From: Rebecca billardiae RCC1528
Taxonomy: Eukaryota > Protista > Haptophyta
NCBI GenBank assembly: GCA_965240325.2
Contig: OZ251225.1
Location: forward strand, 4,049,910 to 4,113,909
Reading direction: 5' to 3'
DNA length: 64,000 nt
The notes under the pieces are model-generated. The model made no database searches. It was not told where the DNA came from and saw only the letters and a list, made by a program, of their open reading frames with translations. Below, one piece after another: positions 43,701-56,588 of the stretch. The position numbers were made by a program, and so were the translations under genes. Each line of letters starts with the position of its first letter. The stretch's first letter is position 1.

Positions 43701-46700
43701 CATCATCGCCGTCGCTGCCGCCGTCGCTGCCGCCGCTGGCAGCTGGCTCGCCGCGGAGCGTGGCGGCGACGACGAGCAGCGGCGCGCGCGCGCTCGAGCG
43801 CAGAGCCGCGTCGACGCCCGCGCCCAGCAGCTGCGGCAGGCAGGGGAAGTCCGTCCGGTACTTCTCGCGCTCCTCGTCGAGCGTGTGCGCGTCATCCGAC
43901 TCGGCGGCGGCGAGCGCGCACCGGCTGCTGTAGCGCGTCGGCACGGCGGTCTCGCCCGAGTCGATCTCCTCGAGCAGCGCGGCGAGCGACTCCTCGGCGA
44001 AGGTCGGGCGCTCCTCGAGCAGCTGGTCCATCGCGAACGACAGCTTCTCGCGCAGCTCGTGCTCCTTCAGGTACTCCTCGATGCGCGCGTTCTCGGCATC
44101 GTCGCGGCCGGTGGGCATCGTCTCGACTACCACGTCCGTCGCGCTCGGGGGCCGCACGATCAGCGCGACGCTCTGGCCCGAGGCGAGGTGGCGCGCGGCA
44201 TACTGCTCCTCGTGCGCCGTGCGCTTGGCCTCGGTCATAGCCTCGCCCACCGTCGCCGCCTTCTCCGCGGCGCAGCGGTCCGTGACGAAGCCACCGACGA
44301 GCGCGAGCGATGAGGAGCACAAGGCGTGCAGCGTGCTGAGGCCGAGCGCGCTCACCGGCCGCACGCCCGGCACGCCGCCCGCGCACGCGTGCATCGTCTC
44401 GCGGATGGTGCCAAAGCCGGCCTGCATCTTCTTGAGCTTCTCCGTGGCCTTGCCCTCGCGGCCGCACACCAGCGTCGCACAGCGCGTCACGGCCAGGTAC
44501 GGGAGCGTCAGCATCATGCAGAAGAAGCTCCTGCCGCGCTTGGTGGCGCCGTCCGTCGTCGCGCCGAGGTTGATGTCCTTCACAGGGTCCTTGCCCTCCT
44601 CCTCGAGCTTCTTCTGGACGGTCCGAATCTCCATGCCCACCTGCGCCTGCGACAGCACGGCCATCACGAGCGGCGCCGTCTGCGCCATCGTCGACGAGCC
44701 CGGCACCGGCCAGCGCTCCTCCTTGCGCCGCTCCTTGCCCTCGCACGCCGGCACCGTGATCGTGCGCAGCTCCGGCGCGATGCCCCAGTACGCCTCGCCG
44801 ACCAGCGTGATGAGCGGGTAGATGTTGTCCGAGGCGATGTTCCACCTGGCCATCACCTCGGACGCGACGGTCATGTACTCGATCTTGAACGAGCCGTCCG
44901 AGTCCATGAACTTCGACACGGGCGGCTTGGCGACCCACTCGAGCTCCTTGACCTTCTTCTCCAGCTCGCAAATCTTCTCGTCCTTCGCGGCCGTCGACTG
45001 GAGGTAGGAGGTCCGCTCGCGATCGCGCGCCGCCCGCTCGTCGGCGAGCTGCTCGTGGAGCTCGTGCTCGGTGAGCGAGTCACGCCCGCGCCCCGCCGCC
45101 CGCAGCTCGGCCTCGAGCACGCCGATCTTCTCGGCCGCCGCGTCGCTCGCCTTCTGCGATTGGTTGGCCTGCGTCGTCACGCGAGCGAGATCCGAGCGCT
45201 TCGAGATGAGCTGCGCCTCCACCGTCTTCAGCTTGGAAGTCGCCGCCTCGAGCTCGCGCTCAAGCTTGGCGATCGTCGCCGCCGCTTCCGGCCGCGTCAG
45301 CTTCTCGAGCCCCTCGACGCGGGCCGTCGCTTGCGCGTGCGCGTCCTTGAGCTCATCGAACTCCGCGCGCTCCTCGCAGACGAGGTCCTCCAAGCAGCGC
45401 ACGCGCGTGCCCAGCTCGGCGTTGCGCTTGGTGAGCTCGTCCGCCTTCGCCTTGCGCTCGGCCTGCTGCACCTTGCGCTGCTTCTCCGTCTCCCGCGCCT
45501 TCTCGTTCGCTGCGTCGACCTTCGCCTTGAGGTCGTGATTCTTCTTGAGCGCGTCCGCCAACTCCTTCTCGTGCTTCTCCGCCTCGCGCGCGCGCTTGCC
45601 CGCCGCCTTCTTCTCCTCCTCGGCCGCCGCCTCGCGCTGCGCCGCCTCCGACTGCGCGAGCTGCTCGGCAGCGAGCTTTGCGCTCTCGGCCTCCGCTGCC
45701 GAGCCCATCGCGCGCACCGCCTCGACCATCATGCCGTCCGCGCGCTCCTCCGCCTCGCCTGCGCGCTGACGCTCTGTGGCCGCAGCCGCCTCCGCACGCC
45801 GCGCCTTGGCCTCGGACGTGCCTGCGCGCCTGTTGGCGGCCGTGTTCGCGCCCGCGAGCTTGGCAGCGCGCGTCTGCTCCGCGCCGAGCTTGAGGTTCGT
45901 CACGAGGTGGGCGCTCTTCGCCTCGCGCAGCTGCTGCTGCAGCCCCACAATCTCCGCGTACGCCTCGGCCGTGCATGAGAAGTTGGCGCCGCCCGCCAAC
46001 GCGCGCGGCGGCTGTCGCTCGCCGTCGGGGTCGAAGGCGGCGGCGTCGATCGTGAGCAGCAGATGTGCCTGAGCGCCCTCGCGAGAGCGCTTCTTCTTCT
46101 CCTTCGCCTTCCCCAACCAAGTCGTCATCTTGTTGCCCACCGCCAGGCACAGCTCCCGGTAGTTGGTCTGGTCGTGGTCGCGCGGGCCGGGCAGAGGAAG
46201 CGGCAGCTCGAGGCCGAGCGCGAGCGAGCCGAGCCAGCCCATCACCACCTTCTTGTTCAACAGGCCGTCCTTGCCGAGCTGGGTCTGCTCCCTCTCTGCC
46301 ATGGCCAGGCTGAACGTCGCCGAGAACTCGTCGGCGACCGTGCTCATGTTCTTGAGCACGCCAAACGGCACGTCGAACGAGTCGACGCGCGTCGGCTGCG
46401 GCGTCTCGAGCGTCTGGCGGCGCCGCTGGGGTTCAGAGATTAGGCCCCGCACGTACGCAGGGTCGCCGAGCTTGTTCACCACCGACGACTGCTGCGCGAC
46501 CCCGTCTGCGCGCGAGAAGCGAGCGCGCGCGCGAGCGCCCGCGCGGCGCGCGGGGAGGTGAGCACTGGGCGCACCGGGCCGAGCGCCGGGGGTACGTTCC
46601 TTCTCATCATGGACAAGCGGAACCAGGTGGGAACCAGGGCGCAGCGCGCGTGCTTCACCTGCAACAGGGGCTGCGTCGTCCGCGCTCATCTCGACTTGAG

Positions 46701-47024
46701 TTTGAACCGGCTCAAACGGCGCGCAGAGCGGTTCAAATTGTCCGGTGCGGGCGAGCTGCCCGCGACCGTTGGGTCAACGGCCACCATGGCGGCCATCCGG
46801 ACTCGCCCGCCCGCGCGCCCCGGACGCCAGAGCGCGCTCTGCCGCGCCGACGCGACGGCGATGCCGACCGTCCAGGGCTTCATCGCCAGCTCCGCCGTCC
46901 CTCTGAACGGGCCGCGACCGAAGGCGGCCGTGCGGCCGCAATTCGAGACTAAAATGCGGAAATGGTCACCGCGAAAATGGTCTGGTCGATTTTTCGAGTT
47001 TATTTTCGGGGCTTGGACCCCCTA
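40784..47024 (-). mobile_element. hAT-like DNA transposon, 6,241 bp, 15-bp perfect TIRs (TAGGGGGTCCAAGCC), 7-bp TSD CTACGGC
   Basis: TIRs at 40784-40798 and 47010-47024; CTACGGC at 40777-40783 and 47025-47031; transposase gene inside. Confidence 0.88.
41084..46689 (-). CDS. DDE transposase (hAT-like), about 1,780 aa over 3 exons, with long coiled coil and C-terminal chromo- and Tudor-like domains
   Basis: 'LGATTDGAT' (D1), 'FVTDRCAAEK' (D2), 'NCMEHAL' (CxxH), 'TRNVAVERSFSHLK' (E). Chromo-like 'YEVQCV...YGCRWLGWGEEADSFV'; Tudor-like 'GDRVFVR...WETGTV' and 'WFYGSV...VHFNNGE'. Introns approx. 46595-46506 and 43148-42975. Confidence 0.8.
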
Positions 47025-50000
47025 CTACGGCGGTGCGGTGCCGCTCTGTACTACCGGTAGACCGAGTCTGGCTCGTGGGGTGCGGCACGCAGCCCCTCCT
47101 GGGCGCGCCCCAGCGTGTACATCTTGCCCACCAGCCCAACTGCCACTCGGCTGGCGCGGCCGAGCGCTGCGCCGCCGCGCGGGCGGTGGGGGCGTCGGCT
47201 GAGAGCGCGCCCCGACCCAAGCGGCGGTGCAGTGCCACTCTATACTACCGGTAGACCGAGGCTGACAGGTGGGGCGTGGCGTCAGGCCCCTCAGGGGCGC
47301 GCTCCAGCGTGCACATCTTGCCCGCCAGCACAACTGCCACTCTGCTGGCACACGTCGCGCGCATGCGTGGTGCCCAGCTAAACCGCGAGATGGCGCGCCC
47401 GCTGCTGCGACCGCGTGACGGCGGCCCCGTCACTCGTCGCGTGCGCGGCGCTGGCCCCCGCGCGCGCGGTCGCGCTCGGTGCCCGACAGCGCGTGTCGCG
47501 CTCCGAGCGCTCGCCGAGCGAAGCGGCGCGGGCCGCGTTGGGGCGGAGCCTCCATGCAGCCTCACACTGCACGCGAGCTGAGCCGATGCGCTCCGCTCTC
47601 CCTCGGCGCGCTTGACCCCAGCTGCGGCGGCGGTCGCAGCCGTGCGATGCGCCGAGCAGCGCGTCGCGGCGCTTGGCGACGCGCTCGCCGCCGCGTGCCC
47701 CTGTGACGGGCGCGTCCCGCCGCGCTCGAATCGCGCCCCGCGAGGCCGCCGCGGCCGCACCGCGCTCGCTTCGAGCCGGCGCGCGCTGGGCGCGAGCGTC
47801 TGCTGGTTCCCACTTCCCGCTGCCGTTGCCGCGCGCCGCGCCGAGCAGCGCGTGAAGCCGGCCGATCGCGCGGCTCCCGTGCCGTGACACGTTTGCGTCC
47901 ACGTCCCACCGCTCGCACGCGCGCTCCGCCGAGGCGCCAGCAGCCGCGCCGCGCTTGAGCCGAGCGCGCGGCGCGCGCGCCCGCCGAGGGCTGCTGCTGC
48001 GGGCGGCTGCCAGGTGCTGCCCCGCGCGGGCCCGCGCGCCAGGCAGCTGCGGGCGGGGAGCGCCGCAGCCGTCCCAGCGCCTCGCCCTCGGTCGACGCTG
48101 CTCCCCGCCCCGGCCCCCCATCTTGCTCTTCGTCCAATCTGCGCCTGGTGCCCGCAGTGAGCGGCAGCCGCTGCGTCGACCAGGCCCCGCACGGCCGCTC
48201 TCCGCGTGCCGTCTGACTACAGCCGCCTCGGGGTGTGTGTGTGGGTTGGGCGGTGGGTCGGCGACGACGGGCGTCTGCTGGCGAGCCTTGGCTGCAACCT
48301 GCGCGTCGTCTAGCTAAGCAGCCTTCACCTGCGCCCGCGCCCGCCGCCATCTGTAGTCTCAGTTGCCGCTCGCGCACGGCCCGTGCCGAGTGCTCCGACC
48401 GTGCGGCAGCTGCTGGTCTGGCTGGCGAGGTGCGATGAGCCGCGGCGCAGCACGCGGGGGTCAAGCCGAGCGCGAGGCGTGGGACCCCCCGGGCTACCCG
48501 CACGAGGGCGCACACGACGACCTCGAGCCAGCCTCGGGCTGCGGCTGCAGCGCCGAGGCCGGTGCGTCCGGAGCCGAGCCGGCTGCGCCGAGCGCGCGAT
48601 GCCAGGCGCGCCCGCGTCCAGTGCGGCTCGGCTGGGCTCGTCTGACCTCGGCGCGAAGCACGCGGCGCCGCGGCCGAGGTCGAGGCGTGGCATCCCGCGA
48701 CTATGCCCGCGCGGGCCCGCACGGGCTGCCCGTGCCCCAGGCTCGGGCTGTCGCGGCCGTACCGATGCTGGGCCTGGGGCAGCGCGCGCTGCCGTCGCGG
48801 GCTGTCCATCGCGCGCCCGCGCGGGCGCGACGGCAGCGCGTGGGGCGGTGCGAGCCAGCCGAGCGACCGCAGCGCGTGCTGCCCGGCGGCGCGTGGCGGG
48901 AGCGCGCCGCGGACGTGGCTGGCGCCGCGCACCAGCTCAGCTGCCCCCGCCCCGCGCCCCCATCTTCCACCTCGTCCGAGCTGCCTCCCGTGCGCGCCAT
49001 CACGGCCGCGAGCGGCCTACGGGCCGAGCTGCTGCATGCCGCTGGTCGCGCACGCGCCTCACGTCGAAGGCGCGGCCGCCCCTTACAGGGACGCGTGCAC
49101 GTGGCGATCGAGACGAGCACACCCCAGCGCGGTCAGCGCGGGTCGGCAGTGGCGAGCAGCAGAAGCGCAGTCTCTATGCTGAACGGCCGCGCACGCCGCG
49201 GCCGAGCTCTGCGCGCAGACTTGGCGGCTGTTCACGCGTTGCTGACGGGCACCGCGCACTGTGCGGCGTCGTGCAAGCGACAGAAACGCGAGTGCATCCC
49301 CCCAGCTCGGCAGTGCACCAGCGCGGCCGCGCGCGGCCGGCTGCGTTTGCGTGGCAGCGCGGCCGAGCGAGGGGAGTGGCGGTGCGCTCGCGTCGCCGCG
49401 CACTGTCGCGATGGCAGCGCGTGGGACGTGGTGAGCTGGCCGAGGCGCTCCGGGCGCGTGCTTCGACGGCGCGTGGATCCTCTCGCGCACCACTGGGCCG
49501 CCGTGCGCGCGCACGCGACGCGCACGAGAGCCGCCCTCCGGCGGACGGCCGGGAAGCGGCGCCGCCATGCTGGCTTCCGAGGCCAGTTGTCTTTTCCCTG
49601 ATGAATTCCCTCGCCTGGAATATCGGCGTTGGTAATCTTTTTTTCGTCGCGACGTCAGTCGTCACCGACGACCGTTGGTCGCGGCTGCGCGCGAATCAGC
49701 ATGGCCTCTCCCCACGAGTCTGCATCCCGCGGCGCAAGATGGGCGCGAGCCCGCGTCGGACGAGGCGGTCGTGCGCCTGGAGGCGCGTACGTGGAGCGCC
49801 GTATCCGCCCCTGCGCCTCGCACGAGCCCAAGGTGCGTATCTGTCCCAGCCCCGTCTCACTCGCCATCCGACCTGCCTCCGGCGAGCGGCGCGGGCCGTC
49901 CGAAAGCCGCGCCGGGCGGTTCGGGCAGGCGGCGATGGCGGGCGTCTATCGACGAGCTTTGGCTGATGCTTTGTGCACACCGTCGAATCAGCAGCCATCG

Positions 50001-51217
50001 CCCGCGTCGCCACACCACCGCCATTTGTGGTCTCTGTCGCAGCGCGGCCTGCGAGTGTCCCGCGGACCACTCAGCAACTGCAGCCGAGAGAGGTGGCAAT
50101 GCCAGTGTGAGTGATATGCCACCTCTCTCTGCTAAACCTGCAGCTGGCTTGTGCCGTTGTGGCTGGCTAGGTGCTGTTGCGCTTCGCGTGGCGCAGCACA
50201 GCATGGCTGTGCGCGGGCAATCTGGCCCCTTGGATGGCCGAGTTGGTGGGTGAACGGGCCACGCCCGCGAGGGCATCACAGCGTGCAGAAGGGCTGCCCA
50301 GTCAGGGAGGGAGCGCGGCCGCGCCTGGCGACGCGTCACGGCTGCCGATTGCACGGCTCTTGCGCGGTGGAACTTGTCGCGTGAGCCCTCGCCCCGCCGC
50401 GCACGCTCCTGCGGCACAGAGGCTACCGCTCCGTGCCCGGGCAGATCGCGCGGCGCGCGCGGCGGCGCCTGCCGGGTGCTGCTGCTGTGGCAGCTACCGC
50501 CGAGCGCTGCTGGCTGGGCCGCGCCGGAGAGGCGGGCCGCGCGGCCGGGCGCTGCGGATGTGGAGCGCCGCAGCCGGCCCAGCGCCTCGCACCGGTCGAT
50601 GCTGCCCCCGCCCCGGCCCCCCATCTTACCCTCCGTCAAGCCTGCGCCTGGTGGGCCGCGTAGTGAGCGCGCGGCAAGCATCAGGGCGCTCCTCATTGCG
50701 CGTGAGCGCCAGCTCATCTGCGCACGGCCGTCCCACTGCGGTGCGGCCGGGCGCGCGCGCGCCTCACGTCGAAGGAGCGGGCGCGCCTTGCAGCGGCGGC
50801 CGCGACGAGCACTGTCGAAGCACTGTCGAGCGCGATCATCGCGGCGGCGAGCAGCGGTCGTGTCCAGCGCAACGCACCGGCCCAGCCCGCCCCCGCCCCC
50901 GCACCCCCATCTTACACCTCGTCAGAGCTGCCTCCACTGCGCGCCATCACGGCCGTGCTGCGCACGCTGCTGGGTGCCGCTGCTCGCGCACGCGCCTCGC
51001 TTCGAGGGAGCGGCCGTCCGTTGCCGTGGCGCGTGGCGGTCGAGACGTCAGTCGGGCGTGTCCACGTGCGTCATCCCGCGCTAGGCGCGCCAGTTCGCAG
51101 CGCGGCGCGCGCCCACGGTCGGCTCGCCAGCTGTGGTGGCTGGGGCGTGCCTACGCGGCGGTTCGCGTGAGACTTCAGCTGACGGCGATGCGGAAGCTGC
51201 TCCACCTCGCTGCATGG

Positions 51218-51845
51218 CTGATCGCACGCGAGGGGGCAGCGCATTATTCATCCGTCCACGCCGGGTGCGACGCTCTGCTCGAAAATCGGATTTGTATAAC
51301 CGCCAGGCTGGCCGCCGCAGGCGCGGTGCGGCGCGCGCCGGCTGAATACTAATGAATAATGGCCTGCGCCCGCGTGCGCCGCCGAGGGCACCCCCAGGGC
51401 TGATCGCACGCGAGGGGGCAGCGGATTATTCACCCGTCCACGCCGGGTGCGACGCCCACCTCGAAAATCGGAGTTTTATAACTGGCAGGAGGGCCGCCGC
51501 CGACCAGCCGTGGTGCTGCGCGCCGGCTGAATACTAATGAATAATGGCCTGCGCCCACGCGCGCTGCCGAGGGCACCCCCTGGGCTGATCGCACGCGAGG
51601 GGGCAGCGGATTATTCATCCGTCCACGCCGGGTGCGACGCCCACCTCGAAAATCGGATTTTTAACCACCAGGCGGGCCGCCGCCGACCAGCCGTGGTGCT
51701 GCGCGCCGGCTGAATACAAATGAATAATGGCCTGCGCCCACGCGCGCTGCCGAGGGCACCCCCAGGCTGATCGCACGCGAGAGGGCGGCGCATTATTCAT
51801 CCGTCCACGCCGGGTGCGACGCCCACCTCGAAAATCGGATATTTA
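51218..51845. repeat. About 3.4 tandem copies of a 182-185-bp unit
   Basis: Unit start CTGATCGCACGCGAG at approx. 51218, 51400, 51585 and 51767. Confidence 0.85.
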
Positions 51846-53038
51846 ACGAGCAGCAGTCCTCCCCCACCTGCAGCTCATCCGCGACGGGCGGCGATGACGC
51901 TGATGACGATTGTGCCGACGACGATGGCGACGACGGCGCCGGCGGTGCCGCTGGCGACTCCGACGGCGAGGGCGAGTCGGACGCTGAGTCTGCGCCCGCA
52001 TCCACGCAGCCCTTTGACTTTGAGTTTCCGCAGCATTAGACCCATTTTCGCCATCACTGAAAAAGCCTTCTTCGGATTCCCATCATTTGTAAATAATATA
52101 ATTATGGGGATGTACGTACCCGCATATATTGATGTTGTTCTAAGTGACAGTCACCTGACCATTACTCATTAGGCACTAGCCGCAGCTACTTTATAATATC
52201 CGATATGCTGATGATGCATATATATTAATATATATGTGGGGTTATTGGCACAATAATAACTGATTGTCTAAGAGGACGGTGGGAGCGCAATGCGCCGTAT
52301 CAACACCTGCCTGCCATTCGGCCCGAGCCAGGCGGCCGAGCTCAAGTCCGGCTGCCATCTTGGCCACCCTCTTCTCGTGCCACGAAGGACTTTCGAGCCT
52401 GCTCTGTGCGCTCGCACAACGACCCCGAACAACCTACTCGCTGTGATGCTCCTGGGCCTTAGGCAAATAGGCAAGGTTGGCGGCGGCACAGGACGGCCAA
52501 TTGGTGAACTGGGTTTTATCATCAGGCGCCGAGCGAACCGACGCAGTCCAGTGCCTCTCGCTCACTCGCAGCGAACGCCCTTCGGAAGTGCCCACTGGCA
52601 TGATGGCTGCAGCTGTTTCCGGCCCGCATCTTCGCGATGCCCTCTGCACGATGGTGCTTCGTGCCTTGCTCTCGTGCGGCTTGGCAGCTCTCGAGCTGCG
52701 CCTTCCAAGCTGCCACGGTGGCTGCGCCGCTCGCAGTCGGCGCGCTGCGTTCGCTACTCGCTCTACGCTCGCCGCCGCTCGCCGCCGCTCGCCCGCGCAG
52801 GCGCGAGCTCGCGCCCGCGCCGCTCGACAGCAGCCTGCTGCCCGCGCGCTCATCGACGCGCGGCGCGCACATGCCTCGTCGGCTCGCTCCGCCGTCCTCG
52901 CCTCGCGGCACGGTGGCTGCGCCACTCGCAGTCGGCGCGTCGGCCAGTCCTGCCGCGCGCTCGGCCCGAGCGCTGGCTGCCGCTCGCACTTTGTTTCCAA
53001 GGAACAAAACCCCATATGATACAGCAATGTATAAAGTC

Positions 53039-56000
53039 CACAGCAACGACTTCTTTTTTAAAGCGGCCGTTAGCGTGTCCAGCGGCCAGATTAATTTTCG
53101 AAAAATTACTATGCGCTGCGCGCGCGCCCCTAGGGGGCGGCGCGCGCGCGCGGCTGGTCCCCCCTGCATGCCCGCACCGTCAGCTGCCTGATTGCCGCTA
53201 CCCAGCCCCGCTACCGTCGCGCGCGACATCCGCGTCGTAAATCACCGTCACCGAGCGGTCCGGCGAGCGCGCCGCCATCAATTTGCTCCTGAGTGCCGAA
53301 AACTCCTTCTCCGGAAGCCCAGCCTCCTCGCGCAGGAGCTTGCGCGCCGTCATGCACTCCGCGATCAGGTCGATCGCGTCGGTCTCCGCCCTGCGCTGCC
53401 ATTCGCGCTGCCGCTTGGCGTACTTCTTCAGCCAGAGCCGCCGCACCTTGTCGCCGAACTCCTCTGCCCACGTCGCAAGCGACACGCGGCGCACGAGCTG
53501 CGCGACCGTCGAGATGTGCGGCTCCGCCGTCGACTTCTTCCCCTCGGCGTACTCGCGGACGAATGAGTCGAGTGACTTGCGCGCGTGCACGAGCGGCATC
53601 GCACGCTTGGTCACCTGCACGAAATGCCCCTGCACCTGCTCGTCCGCGAGCTGCACGAGGCGCCCCCGCCGCCTGAGGCGAGACGCCGTCTGCGCCCGCC
53701 TCCGTGACCGCCCAGACGTTGAAGCGGAGCGGTGGGACGTTGTGCGAGCCCTGGCCGGCGAGGCTGGCGAGGCTGACGTAAGCGCCGGTGCACGCCACGA
53801 TGGCCTTCTGCTCCTCCGCGTAGTCGGCCGCCTCGGCGCCGCCGCCAAAACCGCCGCCGGCCGCGCTGCCGCCTGCCGAGGCAGTGCTGCCACCGAGGCC
53901 GCGCTGCTGCGCGCCGCCGCCGGCCGCGCCGCCGCCGGCCGCGCCGCCACCAGCCGCACCACCACCCGCACTGTCAGCCGCGCGGCTGGCCGCGCCACAT
54001 GCCGCGCCACCGGCCACGCGGACGCCAGCACCGGCTGTGCCGCTAGCCACGCCGCTGCCACTGCCGGCCGCGCCGCCCACGCCGCCGCCCGCGCCCGCGC
54101 CAGCGCCCACGTTGCCAGCCGCGCCCCCGGCCGCGCCCCCGGCCGCGCCGCCGGCCGCGCCACCGGCCGCGCGGACGCCAGCGCCAGCGGTGCCGCCAGC
54201 CACGCAGCTGCCGCTGCTGCTGCCACCAGTGCTGCTGCTGCCGCCCGCACCGGCCGCGCCGCCGCCGGCCGCGCCACCGCCGGCCGCGCCGCCGCCGGCC
54301 GCGCCGCCGCCGGCCGCGCCGCCGCCGGCCGCGCGATCGCGAGCGCTGTCAGCCGCGCCGCTGTCCGCGCCGCCGGCCGCACCTCCGGCCGCGCCTCCAG
54401 CCGCGCGGACGCCAACGCCAGCTGTGCCGCCAGCCACGCCACTGCAGCTGCCGCCCGCGCCGCCCGCGCCGCCGCCAGCACCCGCGCCCGCGTTGCCAGC
54501 CGCGCCGCCGGCCGCGTCCGGCCGCGTCGCCGGGCGCACCGCCGCCTGGCGCGCAGTTGTCGGGCGTGCCGCCGTCGGGCGCGCCGCCACCGGGCCCGCC
54601 ATCGCCCGCGCTGTCAGCCGCGCCGCCGGCCGCGCCGCAGGCCGCGCCACCGGCCGCGCGGACGCCAACGCCGGCTGTGTCGCCAGTCACGCCGCTGTCG
54701 CTGCAGCTGCCGCCGCTGCTGCCGGCCGCGCCGGCCGCGCGCGGCCGCGCCGCCGGCCGCGCCGCCGCCGGCAGTGCCGCCGCCGGCCGCGCCACCGCCC
54801 GCGCTGTCAGCCGCGCCGCTGGCCGCGCCGCCGGCCGCGCCACCGGCCGCACGGACGCCAGCGCCGACTGTGCCGCCAGCCACGCCGCTGCCGCTGCCGC
54901 TCGCGCCGGCCGCGCCGCCGCCCGTGCCCGCGGACGCGCCCGCGTTGCCAGCCGCGCCGCCCGCCGCGCCGCCGGCCGCGCCGCCGACCGCGCAACCGGC
55001 CGCGCGGACTCCAGCGCCGGCGGCACCGCCAGCTACGCCGCTACCGCTGCCGCTGCCGCCGCTGCCGCCGGCCGCGCCGCCGGCCGCGTCGCCGGCCGCG
55101 CCGCCTGCAGCGCCGCCAGCCGCGCCGCCCTGCCGCGCTGGCCACGTGCAGCGGCGGCAGCTGGCGGCGCCGGTCGCGGTGGGAGCCGGCCGCTCCGGAT
55201 CACGTCATTGATCCCGTCGGCGTCCGCGCTCCATAGCTCGGGCATGTCCGAGTCCGGCCGCTCCGAGATGGCGATCGCCTCCGACGACGCGAGCGCAACA
55301 CCCTCATAGTTGCGCACGATGGCGATCGTGGCCGCGCGCGAGTGCGCTGCGTTTGGCCCGTGTCCGCCGAGAGGAGGAGGACATGCGGCTGCCCGCGCGG
55401 GCGCGCGGACTTGCCGTAGTGCTCCAAGCGATCCAGCACGGCGCCCACGGCCTGCGGCCACGGCCGCGCCGCCGACTCGCTGCCGATCATCATCACGCCC
55501 GCGCCCGCGTGCTCGCGATTGCGCAGCGCGCTCTCACGTGAGCCAGCCACCGGCGGCGGGATCGGGTGGCGCATGCCCAGGTTGAGCCACGTCGAGAACT
55601 CTCGGGCTGGCGCGAGCCCACGATGCTCAGTGTGCGGTCCTTCTCGCGCGCCTAGTGCACGACGCCCTCGTCGTCGAGCGAGGTGAAGGCATGCAAGACG
55701 AGCGCGTCTCACGAGAAGAGCCGCAGCTTGGCTACACGCAGCAGGTTGTTCTTCTTCCGCTGGGCCTTGATGGCGACGAGGCTGTTGACGCTGCGCTTGA
55801 CCTCCGCCAGGTAGTTCTCGTTCGGCATGATCGAGTGGTCCACCTCGCTCGCGGCCTCGCGCGCGCGCAGCTTGAGCATCTCGTGCGGCTGAGCGCCGCG
55901 GCCATGCGCAGCCATGCAGATGCGGCAGAGACGTGGCGCCCGATGCGTTAGGCACCTTTGCGATGCAGCTTGGGCTTCCTAGGCTTCGCGCAGGAACGCT

Positions 56001-56588
56001 TGCCCTTGCCCACGGTGAGCACAGCCGTCGCCATTGCTGCGCGCGGCGAGCGCGGTCCCGCGCGGCCGTCACGGGCGCAGCCGCAGCAAGTTAGTCTGAT
56101 GCAAATTCCCGGTCACCCATGCAAAAGTAAGCGTTCCCGCTGCGCATGTGCGTGCATCACGAGTAACCCGCCGCCTGAATAACAACTCCGCGCCCCTCCA
56201 TACACTTCCTGCATCCCCGCGCGCAGCGGCGTGCGGGCGGGCGCGAATTCGCACCGTGTTACGAACAGACCTAGCAAAGTAGATCGGTGTGGCGCGTCGG
56301 GACGCGGAGCGGGTGCGGGGCAGGCGGGGGATAGGTTGGGGAACACCCGCGATTAGAGCACCGGTGGCGCAGCGGCGACGTGGACGCCGCCACACGCGCA
56401 CGCACGGCGCGCGCTCGCACCGCGAGTCGAACGTCCGCTCGCCAAGCCCTGCGACGGCGTCCGTGCGACGCCGAGCGACGAACGCTCTCGGGATTTGGCC
56501 CGGACCACCAGATTCAGCCGTTAACGGCCGAAAACTCATTTGTTGGAGTTTCCTTAACGGCCGCTTTAAAAAAGAAATCGTTGCTGTG
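53039..56588 (-). mobile_element. CACTA/CMC-like TIR element, 3,550 bp, 34-bp TIRs (CACAGCAACGA...), 2-bp TSD TC
   Basis: 53039-53072 versus the reverse complement of 56555-56588 shows 1 mismatch. TC at 53037-53038 and at 56589-56590. Confidence 0.75.
53198..55915 (-). pseudogene. Fragmented or spliced unknown gene inside the CACAG element, with a ~1.3-kb Gly/Ala-rich repeat expansion
   Basis: Coding-like blocks in different frames ('MLKLRAREAASEVDHSIMPNENYL', 'EFSTWLNLG', 'AIVRNYEG', 'DYAEEQKAIV', 'LDSFVREYAEG'). No transposase motifs recognised. Confidence 0.4.

Noticed and set aside
47245-51352. Numerous 200-500-aa ORFs
   Set aside because: Arg/Ala/Pro-rich, without motifs, and overlapping in all frames within a degenerate repeat field.
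51218-51845. Possible CRISPR or ncRNA array
   Set aside because: Whole units are repeated with no unique spacers, and no tRNA or 5S structure is recognisable.
53283-55236. Plus-strand Pro/Ala-rich ORFs (642 and 450 aa)
   Set aside because: Low-complexity repeat translation; the coding-like flanking blocks are on the minus strand.
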